Notes under the pieces: model-generated
What the model saw: only the letters and a program-made list of their open reading frames with translations
Databases searched by the model: none
Told to the model about the DNA's origin: nothing
Made by a program: the position numbers and the translations under genes
From: Bacteroidota bacterium
GTDB lineage: Bacteria; Bacteroidota; Bacteroidia; UBA7662
NCBI GenBank assembly: GCA_005799065.1
Contig: SYHW01000060.1
Coordinates: 8,654-72,653 of the forward strand
Direction: 5' to 3'
DNA: 64,000 nt
Shown: positions 47,712 through 57,074 of the stretch, one piece after another
Layout of the letters: every line of letters starts with the position of its first letter
Position numbering within the stretch: the stretch's first letter is position 1

Positions 47712-48766
47712 TGCAAACCTGCACAGCATTCAGGTGGTTTTTTTCGGTTCACCACCCGCTTCATAAGAAATCGGTATTTCATATCATCAGTGGGTTTATT
47801 TTGCTCACGGCATGTTCAACAAGTCCGGATTCTGATGACCCACTGCACGATTTTTCAGGCAAAACAATGGGCACAACATACTCAGTTCGTTATTCAGGCG
47901 ATTCGGTGGCGCTGCTTCAGGTAGGCATCGATAGCCTGCTGAGGCGGGTCAATGAATCACTTTCAACCTACATTTCCAGCTCTCGGATCTCAGTGCTTAA
48001 TCAAAGTCAGAATGGAAGTCCAATAGATGCCCATCTGCGGGTTAATTTTCTCAAATCATTAGAGATCAATGAGCAAAGTGGGGGTGCATTCGACCCTTCG
48101 GTCGGTCCTCTAACTGAGGCCTGGGGTTTTGGTTACAGCCAAAAAACAGAACTTCCCGATTCATCTACCGTCGATTCGATTCGAGCCTTCGTTGGATTAA
48201 AAAACTTCCAATTACTTGGTGATAGCCTGATAAAACTTCATCCCAAGGCACGACTCGATATGAGCGCCATTGCAAAAGGCTATGGAGTAGACCAGGTGGC
48301 CACCTATTTGTTATCGAGGCAAATTCAGAATTTTATCGTTGAAATCGGCGGTGAGGTGAGGGCGCATGGCCGAAAAAGCAAGGCCAAGTCATGGATGGTG
48401 GGTATCGAAAAGCCGCAGTCAGGTGCAGGGAGGATCGTTCAGCGCGCCCTCCCCATCAGCAACCGGAGTATGGCTACCTCAGGAAATTACCGGAATTTTA
48501 AAGAGATCGGTGGTCGAAAAATTGTACACACATTAAGCCCTCAAACGGGTTACCCCATTGAGAATGACCTGCTTAGTGCCACTGTTTTGGCCGAAGATTG
48601 CATGACCGCCGACGCTTGGGCAACCGCTTTCATGGTGATGGGTTTCGAAAGGGCCCGACAGAAATGCGGTGAACTAAAAGGCATTGATGTAGTGTTTATA
48701 TATTCCGATTCCAATAATGAGATACATGAATATTCTAGCCCTGGCATTGGCAGCGATAATCAGTGA
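47711..48766 (+). CDS. apbE: FAD:protein FMN transferase (ApbE family lipoprotein)
   Basis: Lipobox FILLTACS, TMGTTYSV, DMSAIAKGYGVD...IGGEV, ATSGNY motifs. The start ATG overlaps the yqgE stop (TGATG). Confidence 0.8.
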   Translation: MQTCTAFRWFFSVHHPLHKKSVFHIISGFILLTACSTSPDSDDPLHDFSGKTMGTTYSVRYSGDSVALLQVGIDSLLRRVNESLSTYISSSRISVLNQSQNGSPIDAHLRVNFLKSLEINEQSGGAFDPSVGPLTEAWGFGYSQKTELPDSSTVDSIRAFVGLKNFQLLGDSLIKLHPKARLDMSAIAKGYGVDQVATYLLSRQIQNFIVEIGGEVRAHGRKSKAKSWMVGIEKPQSGAGRIVQRALPISNRSMATSGNYRNFKEIGGRKIVHTLSPQTGYPIENDLLSATVLAEDCMTADAWATAFMVMGFERARQKCGELKGIDVVFIYSDSNNEIHEYSSPGIGSDNQ

Positions 48767-48806
48767 TCGGTCACGCCACCGCTTTCTGTTTCGCTTAACT
48801 GCCCTG

Positions 48807-50045
48807 ATGATGCTTGTTTCGTTACCCAACAAGGTTTTGGCGGCACGCATACTCATCCCCATGGATGGCCAGCAACGCGATCACCTCAAGGCCTATGGCA
48901 TCGCCTTTTTATCCCTGAAGAATGGACAAGAAATCAACTGGTTACTCAACTACCGGGGTGGTAGTTTTTGCTTGCTCCAAACCCCGATGCTTGAAACCGA
49001 ATGCCGGGTTAGGGGGGTGAGCTACGAAGTAATCCCTGAGGCGACATTCGGACGGATCCTGTCTGAAATTGCAGATCCAGAAACCAATATGGAGGTGGTA
49101 AAATTAGAAGTTGCCCCCAAAATCGCGGTATACACACCGCCGAATAAATTGCCTTGGGACGATGCCGTAACGATGGCCCTCGTTTACGCCGAAATACCAT
49201 ACGAAAAGGTTTATGATGATGAAGTTTTGCAAGGAAAACTGCCGCTTTATGATTGGCTGCACCTTCACCATGAGGATTTTACAGGTCAGTATGGTCGGTT
49301 CTATGCATCTTTTCGAAATGCCGAGTGGTATCAAAACGAAGTTCGCCTGGCTGAGGCAACGGCACGCAAACACGGATTCGATAAAGTTTCACAGCTTAAA
49401 GGAGCGGTTGCGGCCCGAATTCGCGACTTCGTGACCGGGGGCGGCTTTCTCTTTGCCATGTGTTCAGCCACTGATTCGTACGACATTGCATTGGCAGCAG
49501 AGGGTGTCGATATTTGTGAGCATATGTATGATGGTGATGCCATTGACCCGTCAGCGCAACAGAAATTGGATTTTGCACGAACCTTCGCTTTCAAAGATTT
49601 TCAACTCAAGAAAAATCCACTGGAGTATGAATTTTCAGATATTGATGTGACCGGTACGCGCGGTTTTCTTCAGGAGCAAAATGATTTCTTCGCATTGTTC
49701 GAATTTTCTGCCAAATGGGATGTTATTCCCACCATGCTTACCCAAAGTCATGAACGCGTCATCAAGGGATTTATGGGACAAACCACAGCTTTTCGTAAAG
49801 AGCTCATTAAAAGCGATGTATTGGTTATGGGTGAAACAAGTAGCTTAGGCGAGGCTCGGTACATTCACGGATCGTTTGGCAAGGGTACCTGGACATTCTT
49901 TGGCGGCCACGATCCTGAAGATTATCAACACCTCGTGGGTGAACCTCCAACCGATTTGAGTCTTCATCCCAATTCAGCCGGCTATCGTTTGATTCTAAAC
50001 AACATCTTGTTTCCTGCAGCACGCAAAAAGAAACAGAAAACATAA
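48807..50045 (+). CDS. hypothetical protein, possibly class-I glutamine-amidotransferase-like fold; N-terminal signal
   Basis: GGGFLFAMCSATDSYDIALAAEG resembles a GATase1/DJ-1 nucleophile elbow, but I cannot name the family. Start uncertain: ATG 48717 overlaps apbE; ATG 48807 (MMLVSLPNKVLAA) does not. Confidence 0.45.
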   Translation: MMLVSLPNKVLAARILIPMDGQQRDHLKAYGIAFLSLKNGQEINWLLNYRGGSFCLLQTPMLETECRVRGVSYEVIPEATFGRILSEIADPETNMEVVKLEVAPKIAVYTPPNKLPWDDAVTMALVYAEIPYEKVYDDEVLQGKLPLYDWLHLHHEDFTGQYGRFYASFRNAEWYQNEVRLAEATARKHGFDKVSQLKGAVAARIRDFVTGGGFLFAMCSATDSYDIALAAEGVDICEHMYDGDAIDPSAQQKLDFARTFAFKDFQLKKNPLEYEFSDIDVTGTRGFLQEQNDFFALFEFSAKWDVIPTMLTQSHERVIKGFMGQTTAFRKELIKSDVLVMGETSSLGEARYIHGSFGKGTWTFFGGHDPEDYQHLVGEPPTDLSLHPNSAGYRLILNNILFPAARKKKQKT

Positions 50046-50057
50046 AGAGTACCTTTC

Positions 50058-50084
50058 GCTGATTTCAAGAATCAGCATTTTTCG
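50058..50084. terminator. candidate bidirectional terminator hairpin between convergent genes
   Basis: gctgatt-tcaag-aatcagc (7-bp stem) followed by atttttcg on the plus strand; overlaps the pcm stop codon. Confidence 0.4.
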
Positions 50085-50740
50085 CGCCAGCCCTCCTGGC
50101 CGAGTAGGGGAACGAAACGAAAATTCTCAAAAGTCTCGTGCGCAACCTCAGATGCTGAAATGCGTGTAATGCGCATCATTTTTTGACTGGCCTCATCGCC
50201 AACGGGAATCACCATCAATCCCCCGATTTTGAGTTGATTGACCAATGTTTGTGGGACTAATGGCGCCCCAGCGGTCACGATAATTCGGTCAAAAGGAGCA
50301 AATGCCGGTAAACCCAGGGTTCCGTCCCCAAAAAAGACCTTGATTTTTCGTCCCATGTGCAGAAGTCGTTCGCGCGTTGTCTGATACAATAAGCGTTGAC
50401 GCTCAACACTAAAAACCCGTGCCCCCATTTCTTCCAATACGCAGGCTTGATAGCCAGAACCCGTGCCGATTTCCAATACTTTCATGCGTTCCTCCACACA
50501 CAATATTTCCGTTTGAAAAGCAACGGTGTAGGGCTGAGAAATGGTTTGGCCTGCACCTATGGGCATGGCCTGGTCTGTATAGGCCAATTCAGTGAAAACA
50601 TTGTCGAGAAAGAAATGACGGGGCACACGACCCAAGGCGGCTAAAACACGCGCGTCTCTGATTCCTTTCTTTCTGACTTCCTCAACCAATTGTTGACGAA
50701 GTCCTTGGTGGCGAAAACTATCTGAAAGGACGGTCGACAT
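50072..50740 (-). CDS. pcm: protein-L-isoaspartate O-methyltransferase
   Basis: VLEIGTGSGYQACVL (SAM-binding motif I), QTISQPYTVA; the ORF extends to 50773, but the typical start is MSTVLS at 50740. Confidence 0.85.
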   Translation of the reverse strand: MSTVLSDSFRHQGLRQQLVEEVRKKGIRDARVLAALGRVPRHFFLDNVFTELAYTDQAMPIGAGQTISQPYTVAFQTEILCVEERMKVLEIGTGSGYQACVLEEMGARVFSVERQRLLYQTTRERLLHMGRKIKVFFGDGTLGLPAFAPFDRIIVTAGAPLVPQTLVNQLKIGGLMVIPVGDEASQKMMRITRISASEVAHETFENFRFVPLLGQEGWREKC

Positions 50741-50848
50741 GCTGCGAAGAATCAAGAGGCAAAAATAACCCATTGCGGCTTCGATAATCCGCGGCAGTCG
50801 TATAAATTACCAGCATTTAGCCCTATTTTCGCGTTTCTTAATTTCAAT

Positions 50849-51841
50849 ATGGCTCTATCCATCGGCGTATTGGGTGCAGGTCATCTCGGCAAAATCCACA
50901 TGCGCTGCCTGCGCGCCCTTCCCGAGCATTTCGATTTAAAGGGTTTTTATGACCCTGATGTCGAACAGGCAAAGCGTGTTTCCGAGTTGTTTGGACTTCC
51001 CGTCTTTGGTTCAATGGAGGCATTACTCGATGAAGTATCTGTTGTGGACATTGTTACCCCAACAATGACCCATTTTGCTTGTGCAGAGGCCGCAATCCGG
51101 CGGATGCGGCATGTTTTTATCGAAAAGCCACTCACACAGACCCTGGAAGAAGGACGTACATTGGTTCGCCTGGCTCAGGAGGCCGGAATAAAGGTGCAAG
51201 TGGGCCATGTGGAACGATTCAACCCCGCATTCCAGGCAGTGTTACCCCATTTACATCAGCCCAGATTCATAGAAGCGCATCGGCTCAGCTTGTTTAATCC
51301 ACGGGGAACAGATGTTTCGATTGTTCTGGACCTTATGATTCATGATATCGACGTTTTGTTGAGCGTAGTAGGTGGAGGCATACGAAAAATAAGCGCGAGC
51401 GGTGTTTGTGTGGTTTCGCCTACGCCAGACATCGCCAATGCCCGGATTGAATTTCACAACGGATGCGTAGCCAACCTCACAGCCAGTCGACTCAGTTTGA
51501 AGAACATGCGAAAAATGCGTTTTTTTCAATCTGATGCCTATTTATCGGTCGATTTTCTGAACCGCGAATCTGAGATTTTGCGCATGAGTGAAGATGAACC
51601 CATCACGACCGAATCGGCTACACCAGTCGATTTGGGTCCGCAATTGGGTACTCGTTGGATTACCCATGCGCGACAAAATCCTCCAGAAACCAATGCCATC
51701 ATGGAAGAACTGCGGTTATTCGCTGAATCCATCGAAGCGGGAAGTGAGCCTATAGTGGGCGTCGAAGCCGGATTTAAAGCTTTAGAAGTAGCTTTCGAAA
51801 TATTAGCGCAAATGAATGCGGCCGAACCCCCTAAAGAATGA
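50849..51841 (+). CDS. Gfo/Idh/MocA family NAD(P)-dependent oxidoreductase
   Basis: N-terminal Rossmann IGVLGAGHLGKIH, and EKPL motif. Confidence 0.85.
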   Translation: MALSIGVLGAGHLGKIHMRCLRALPEHFDLKGFYDPDVEQAKRVSELFGLPVFGSMEALLDEVSVVDIVTPTMTHFACAEAAIRRMRHVFIEKPLTQTLEEGRTLVRLAQEAGIKVQVGHVERFNPAFQAVLPHLHQPRFIEAHRLSLFNPRGTDVSIVLDLMIHDIDVLLSVVGGGIRKISASGVCVVSPTPDIANARIEFHNGCVANLTASRLSLKNMRKMRFFQSDAYLSVDFLNRESEILRMSEDEPITTESATPVDLGPQLGTRWITHARQNPPETNAIMEELRLFAESIEAGSEPIVGVEAGFKALEVAFEILAQMNAAEPPKE

Positions 51842-52695
51842 AGATATTTTTTGCTTTTGCGTTGATGTGGGTGCTCATGGGCTGTAGTTTGTATACAGCG
51901 GATCGGGGAATTCCATCATACATCTACATACCCGGCTTCAACCTAACCACAACCTATGCCGAACATGGAAGCGGAAGTTCAAACATTAAAGATGTCTGGG
52001 TATTTATCGACGGAGACCTACAGGGGGTTTATCCGCTGCCTGCACATTTCCCGATCTTAAGAGAAGGACCAATTGATTTTCAATTGAGCGCAGGGGTCAT
52101 TCTCAACGGCATCTCTGCCACCCGTTCAATTTATCCATTTTACACCCAGGCAAATGCCTCGGCGGAGCTGAACGCAGGCCAGACTGATACCATTTTGCCA
52201 GGAGTTACATACCGGACATCCGCCCAATTTACGTGGATGGAGGATTTCGAAGGTCAAGGCTTCAGCCTTCGGACGTCGCCCTCGAGCGACACCAACATCG
52301 GTAGGGCAGATAACCCAGCCGAGGTTTTTGAGGGCGCAAGATCGATGTATATTGCGGTGGACCAGCGCGCGCCTTATTTTCAAGCAGAAGGCATACAGAC
52401 TTTTTCGCCGCCTGGCGTTGGCTTGTTTCCAGTATTTCTAGAACTCAACTACCGGAACACCCAGGCATTCGAAATTGGTCTACAGATCATTGGCCCGGCC
52501 GGTTCCATCACTGACCTTCCCATCGTGGTATTTGCGCCTTCTCCCAATGAATGGAAGAAGCAGTACGTCAATTTTTCACCATTTCTCCAACGAACACCGG
52601 GCTATACCTATCGCGTTTTGATCACAGCGCGCCACGAGGCCTCCTTGGGCCAAACGGGAACGATCTGGCTCGATAATTTGAAGTTATTGTGGTGA
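51838..52695 (+). CDS. hypothetical lipoprotein (285 aa)
   Basis: Lipobox LMGCS; ATGA overlap with the upstream oxidoreductase; no family recognised. Confidence 0.45.
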   Translation: MKIFFAFALMWVLMGCSLYTADRGIPSYIYIPGFNLTTTYAEHGSGSSNIKDVWVFIDGDLQGVYPLPAHFPILREGPIDFQLSAGVILNGISATRSIYPFYTQANASAELNAGQTDTILPGVTYRTSAQFTWMEDFEGQGFSLRTSPSSDTNIGRADNPAEVFEGARSMYIAVDQRAPYFQAEGIQTFSPPGVGLFPVFLELNYRNTQAFEIGLQIIGPAGSITDLPIVVFAPSPNEWKKQYVNFSPFLQRTPGYTYRVLITARHEASLGQTGTIWLDNLKLLW

Positions 52696-54113
52696 ACCGG
52701 AAGCGAATTGATGCCTTACTATACGCTGCGGGAGACTGGCTATCAGCCTTACTCGCATGGTTTTTATTTTTCCGATACCGCAAACTCTACGTTGAACGAC
52801 TTCCATTATACACAAGCGATTGGACCGATCTCGACTCAAATCTCATCAAGGGTCTTTTGGTTGTTCCAATGTGCTGGTTATTGTTATATGCGGCCTCCGG
52901 AACCTACAACGATATTTATAGAAAGTCGAGGCTCAACGAACTGGCCGGTACATTTTTAGTCACCCTCATTGGGGTCGTGGCCCTGTTTTTTGCATTGATT
53001 CTGGATGACCAAATCATTAGTTATAAGAATTATTACAACAGTTTATTGGTATTATTCTGCCTTCATTTTACCCTTACTTTTTGTTCACGTTACACACAAT
53101 TATCCATAATTTCGGGTAGATTGTATGCGGGTAAGATTACGTTCAAGACCTTGCTGGTCGGCGATAATCTACGTGCACTCAATCTACTCGATGAGATGAA
53201 GCGCCAGCGAAAACCAACAGGAAATCAGTTCATCGGATGCATTCGGCTTACCAATGGTTCACCGCACGGCAGCCTCCATGGCGTTTTACCTTCGTTGGGT
53301 TATTTAGCGGATCTTCCTGATTTGATTCGTAGAAATGGGGTGGAAGAAATAGTGTTGGCACTCGATGAAAAGGAGCACCACCGCTACAATGAGGTGGTAA
53401 ACCTCATTCGCGATGAGGGTGTGATCATCAAGATCGTACCCGAGATGTACGACATCATGCTCGGGCACGTCAAAATGCAGCACATTTTTGGACTGTTGTT
53501 GATTGAAATTTATCCTGATTTGATGCCCCCATGGCAAGTGAGCATCAAACGAATGGTGGACCTTCTCGTATCGACATCGGCCTTAATGCTATTGGCCCCC
53601 CTTATGTTGTATTGTGCCATTCGGGTGAGAATGGGTTCAAAAGGCCCTGTTTTGTTTCGTCAGGAGAGAATTGGGCTGGCGGGCAAGCCCTTTGTTATTT
53701 ATAAATTCCGGTCGATGGTGGTCGATGCTGAGGTCAACGGTCCGGCCCTTTCGAGTGCGCATGATCCACGCATCACTACTTTTGGGCGCAGCTTACGCAA
53801 ATGGCGACTGGACGAACTACCACAATTCTACAATGTCTTGCTTGGGGACATGTCATTGGTTGGGCCACGTCCCGAACGTCGCTTCTACATCGAACAACTG
53901 ATGGAAGTGGCCCCTCAATACAAGCATTTGCTCAAGGTGAAACCTGGAATAACCAGTTGGGGGCAAGTCAAATATGGGTATGCAGAAAATTTAGCCCAAA
54001 TGTTGGAGCGATTGAAATATGATTTGCTCTATATCGAGAATCGGTCGCTTTTGGTCGACTTTAAGATACTCATATACACCCTGATCATCTTGGTGGAGGG
54101 AAAAGGAAAATAA
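52689..54113 (+). CDS. undecaprenyl-phosphate sugar phosphotransferase (WbaP/WcaJ-type initiating glycosyltransferase, Bac_transf family)
   Basis: C-terminal catalytic domain KRMVDLLVSTSALMLLAPLML...LFRQERIG..GKPFVIYKFRSM...LDELPQ...GDMSLVGPRPE with N-terminal TM helices. Starts at GTG overlapping the upstream stop. Confidence 0.8.
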   Translation: MVNRKRIDALLYAAGDWLSALLAWFLFFRYRKLYVERLPLYTSDWTDLDSNLIKGLLVVPMCWLLLYAASGTYNDIYRKSRLNELAGTFLVTLIGVVALFFALILDDQIISYKNYYNSLLVLFCLHFTLTFCSRYTQLSIISGRLYAGKITFKTLLVGDNLRALNLLDEMKRQRKPTGNQFIGCIRLTNGSPHGSLHGVLPSLGYLADLPDLIRRNGVEEIVLALDEKEHHRYNEVVNLIRDEGVIIKIVPEMYDIMLGHVKMQHIFGLLLIEIYPDLMPPWQVSIKRMVDLLVSTSALMLLAPLMLYCAIRVRMGSKGPVLFRQERIGLAGKPFVIYKFRSMVVDAEVNGPALSSAHDPRITTFGRSLRKWRLDELPQFYNVLLGDMSLVGPRPERRFYIEQLMEVAPQYKHLLKVKPGITSWGQVKYGYAENLAQMLERLKYDLLYIENRSLLVDFKILIYTLIILVEGKGK

Positions 54114-54120
54114 AATCTAC

Positions 54121-54669
54121 CTAAAAATCGGCCCCAGACCATTGTATGCGGAAATCTGGTGCCATCAACAGCTGGGTTTTTTTACGCCCTTTATGGTTAA
54201 CACTTACCACATATCGTTGCTCTGGAAAATCCTGAGTCAGTAGGGTATTCACGAACGTCCATTCGAACGTGTCTGTTGTACCCAATTCATGCTCCATGTA
54301 GAGCCAAATAGAATCGTCTTCGCGCTCGCATCCCACGTAATTCAATTCAATTGAACGAGAATCTGCACTGATCTGTATCTCCTTTCGGAGTGTGGATGAA
54401 AGCATCCAGAAATTCGTGGAACTATCGCCCAGGGTCAGGTCAACGGTTTTTTTGAATTGCTTGCCCAATGTCCACTCAAGATCATCCGAAAATACCCGGA
54501 TGGCTATTTCCAGGTGCGTTCGATCGATATGCAATTCAACCAAGCCAAGGTGAAAAGGATGCGGCATGGGGTGCGGCAGCACATTAGGGTGATCAACAGG
54601 CTGCTTTGCGAAAGAAAACATTACAATAAAATGTAAAATAACAGTAAATAATACTGATTTTACATTCAT
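54121..54669 (-). CDS. hypothetical secreted protein (182 aa)
   Basis: Signal peptide MNVKSVLFTVILHFIVMFSFA; the ORF track's longer version would overlap pyrE. Confidence 0.4.
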   Translation of the reverse strand: MNVKSVLFTVILHFIVMFSFAKQPVDHPNVLPHPMPHPFHLGLVELHIDRTHLEIAIRVFSDDLEWTLGKQFKKTVDLTLGDSSTNFWMLSSTLRKEIQISADSRSIELNYVGCEREDDSIWLYMEHELGTTDTFEWTFVNTLLTQDFPEQRYVVSVNHKGRKKTQLLMAPDFRIQWSGADF

Positions 54670-54749
54670 TATTTGGTATGAGGAGCCATGCATAATGGTT
54701 TCTTCGGATCGGTTAGTTGCAAATGATCTATTTGATGCAATTCTATTGA

Positions 54750-55391
54750 TTATACCCCCGACCAAGCCGCTGGGTTTTCCCTCCATTGGCTTAACAATGT
54801 TAACTCCGTTGCTGTAAGTGCCCCCGATAATCGGGCCATGCTCAAAAGGGTGGGGTAGTCGCATAAACTAAAGAAAGGAATCTCGGCTTCTTTAAATAGC
54901 GTTTGAGCCTGATCGAATCCATAACTGAAGACCGAAACAATACACAGTACCTTCATATCGGCATCCTGAACGGCTCTAGCCGCCTTCAATGAACTGCCCC
55001 CTGTCGAAATTAAATCCTCGATCAGCACAATACCCGAATGAGGAAATGTCTGTCCTTCTATTTGCTGGCCGCGACCGTGTTGCTTGGGCTCAGGGCGCAC
55101 ATAAAGCATAGGCAGCTGAAGTCGATCAGCCACCAAGGCCGCCTGTGGGATTCCAGCTGTGGCTACCCCTGCAATGGCCCGTGCCTCTGGAACATATTGT
55201 TGGATGTGATGAGCAAGCGCGTCGGCAATAAAGGTTCTTGCATAGGGATCACCCAAGGTAAGTCGGTTATCACAGTAGATTGGCGAGAGCCAACCACTTG
55301 CCCATTTAAATGGAGATTTTGGGGATAAACTAACGGCTTTTATTTTTAGCAGAAGTTTCGCAACTTGTTCGGCTGTTTCTTGTGGATTCAT
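54750..55391 (-). CDS. pyrE: orotate phosphoribosyltransferase
   Basis: PRPP-binding motif VLIEDLISTGGS; typical length. Confidence 0.9.
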   Translation of the reverse strand: MNPQETAEQVAKLLLKIKAVSLSPKSPFKWASGWLSPIYCDNRLTLGDPYARTFIADALAHHIQQYVPEARAIAGVATAGIPQAALVADRLQLPMLYVRPEPKQHGRGQQIEGQTFPHSGIVLIEDLISTGGSSLKAARAVQDADMKVLCIVSVFSYGFDQAQTLFKEAEIPFFSLCDYPTLLSMARLSGALTATELTLLSQWRENPAAWSGV

Positions 55392-55393
55392 AC

Positions 55394-56041
55394 ATGCAAA
55401 AATACCTCATTTTTTTCTCGGATCGCGTGATCAACTTTTCATCGAATGAGCGTTGGACGCCTCAGACAGGCCATATAGTTTTGCAAGGCTTGAAAGCAAA
55501 AGACCTCCATCGTTGGTTAAAGAAGCTGGAGCAAGATCCTGGTATTAAAGAAATAACACTACAAGTAGAAGATCCCAAGACGGCCTTCCTCGAATTTATT
55601 GATTCGATGAAGAAGATTCAAGCAGCCGGCGGGGTAGTTACTATGGCCGGCAGGGCCCTTTTCATTCACCGGTTTGGTCGCTGGGATTTGCCCAAAGGGA
55701 AAATGGAGCCTAGTGAAACGCCCGAGCAAACGGCATTGCGGGAGGTCGAAGAGGAGTGTGGGGTGGGGGAGTTGACACTGGAGCGTCGTTTTTCAGATAC
55801 ATTTCATATCTACTTCTATGAAGGACAATATGTGGTCAAACAAACGTACTGGTTTGGGATGTCGACCCGCTATTGTGGTGAACTCAAACCGCAATGGGAA
55901 GAGGGAATCGAAGAAGTGGCTTGGATGGAGCCATCAACTTGGGATCAGCTCATCTTGCCCCAAACTTATCCATCCCTTGTGCCCTTATTGATGGAGGCCA
56001 AGCAGTGGATGCAGCCGACGCTTGCGTTGGATATTCGGTGA
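55394..56041 (+). CDS. NUDIX hydrolase
   Basis: Nudix box GKMEPSETPEQTALREVEEECGV. Confidence 0.7.
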   Translation: MQKYLIFFSDRVINFSSNERWTPQTGHIVLQGLKAKDLHRWLKKLEQDPGIKEITLQVEDPKTAFLEFIDSMKKIQAAGGVVTMAGRALFIHRFGRWDLPKGKMEPSETPEQTALREVEEECGVGELTLERRFSDTFHIYFYEGQYVVKQTYWFGMSTRYCGELKPQWEEGIEEVAWMEPSTWDQLILPQTYPSLVPLLMEAKQWMQPTLALDIR

Positions 56042-56059
56042 TTGAATATTGGTCATTCT

Positions 56060-56527
56060 TTACTTTTGAGCGGGTAGAAGCAAACCCTCGGGCAAAAGAG
56101 TGGATGGGTCTCCGCCGTGTCGAATAATGTCCCGCACAAGTGTCGATGATATGTGATTGGCTTTCGGATCACCCGCTAAAAACAGCGTATCGACACCATA
56201 CAATTCCAAGTTCAATTGGGCAATGTTGCGTTCATATTCGAAGTCTTGTGCGCTGCGAAGTCCCCTCAAAATCCAGTTGATTCCTTCTTTTCGACAAAAA
56301 ACAGCGGTTAATCCGGTGTAGGATAAAATTTCCACCCGATCCATGGGTCCAAAAGCCTGTTTAAGCATCTGGATTCGTTCATCCCTTGTAAACAGGCTAG
56401 ATTTTCCTTGGTTCTCACCGATTCCGATTTTGATTTGTGCGAACTGCTTTAAACCCCGCTCAACAAGGAGGTAGTGGCCGAGTGTAATGGGATCAAAAGT
56501 CCCAGGGAATAGGGCGGTGCCGTTCAC
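56060..56527 (-). CDS. coaD: phosphopantetheine adenylyltransferase
   Basis: ALFPGTFDPITLGH (HxGH-type) and TLVRDI motifs. A GTG at 56527 gives the canonical spacing to PGTFDP; the alternative ATG at 56581 would overlap rsmD by 44 nt. Confidence 0.8.
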   Translation of the reverse strand: MNGTALFPGTFDPITLGHYLLVERGLKQFAQIKIGIGENQGKSSLFTRDERIQMLKQAFGPMDRVEILSYTGLTAVFCRKEGINWILRGLRSAQDFEYERNIAQLNLELYGVDTLFLAGDPKANHISSTLVRDIIRHGGDPSTLLPEGLLLPAQK

Positions 56528-56537
56528 AAAGTTGTGA

Positions 56538-57074
56538 TTATGAAGAGGGAACCTCAAATATACTAAAAACAGCCTCCCCATAGCGGCGCGATTCTTGAAA
56601 ACCTGTTTGAGTGCCAAAATCGTGCGCCCGGTCATGTTCCAGGATCAAAAGCCCTCCATTGGACAGCAGCTTCGATTCCATGATTTTTTGAGGTAAGGCG
56701 TGCATCTGAGGAAGTCGATAGGGTGGATCAGCAAAAACCAATTCTACGGGTGTTGCCCGTTGAATAAAGGCCAGGGCATCGGCACAAACCACGTCCACAG
56801 GAAGTTTCCATTCTTGAGCGATTGACCTAATGGCATCACAGCAAGCCCTTTGTATATCGACACAGGTCGCTTGAATAACGCCTCTGGAGAGCATTTCAAA
56901 ACTAACCGCGCCTGTTCCAGCAAACAACTCGATCAGCGTGCAATTCGAAAAATCCACTTGGTTGGATAACCAATTGAAGAGCGACGCTCGCGCTCGGTCA
57001 GTAGTGGGGCGAACATGAGGCAGATGAGGAACATTTAATGTTCGACCACGCAAACTGCCCCCTGTAATGCGCAT
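56538..57074 (-). CDS. rsmD: 16S rRNA (guanine966-N2)-methyltransferase
   Basis: LELFAGTGAVSFEMLSRG, DPPY motif; 178 aa. Confidence 0.85.
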   Translation of the reverse strand: MRITGGSLRGRTLNVPHLPHVRPTTDRARASLFNWLSNQVDFSNCTLIELFAGTGAVSFEMLSRGVIQATCVDIQRACCDAIRSIAQEWKLPVDVVCADALAFIQRATPVELVFADPPYRLPQMHALPQKIMESKLLSNGGLLILEHDRAHDFGTQTGFQESRRYGEAVFSIFEVPSS

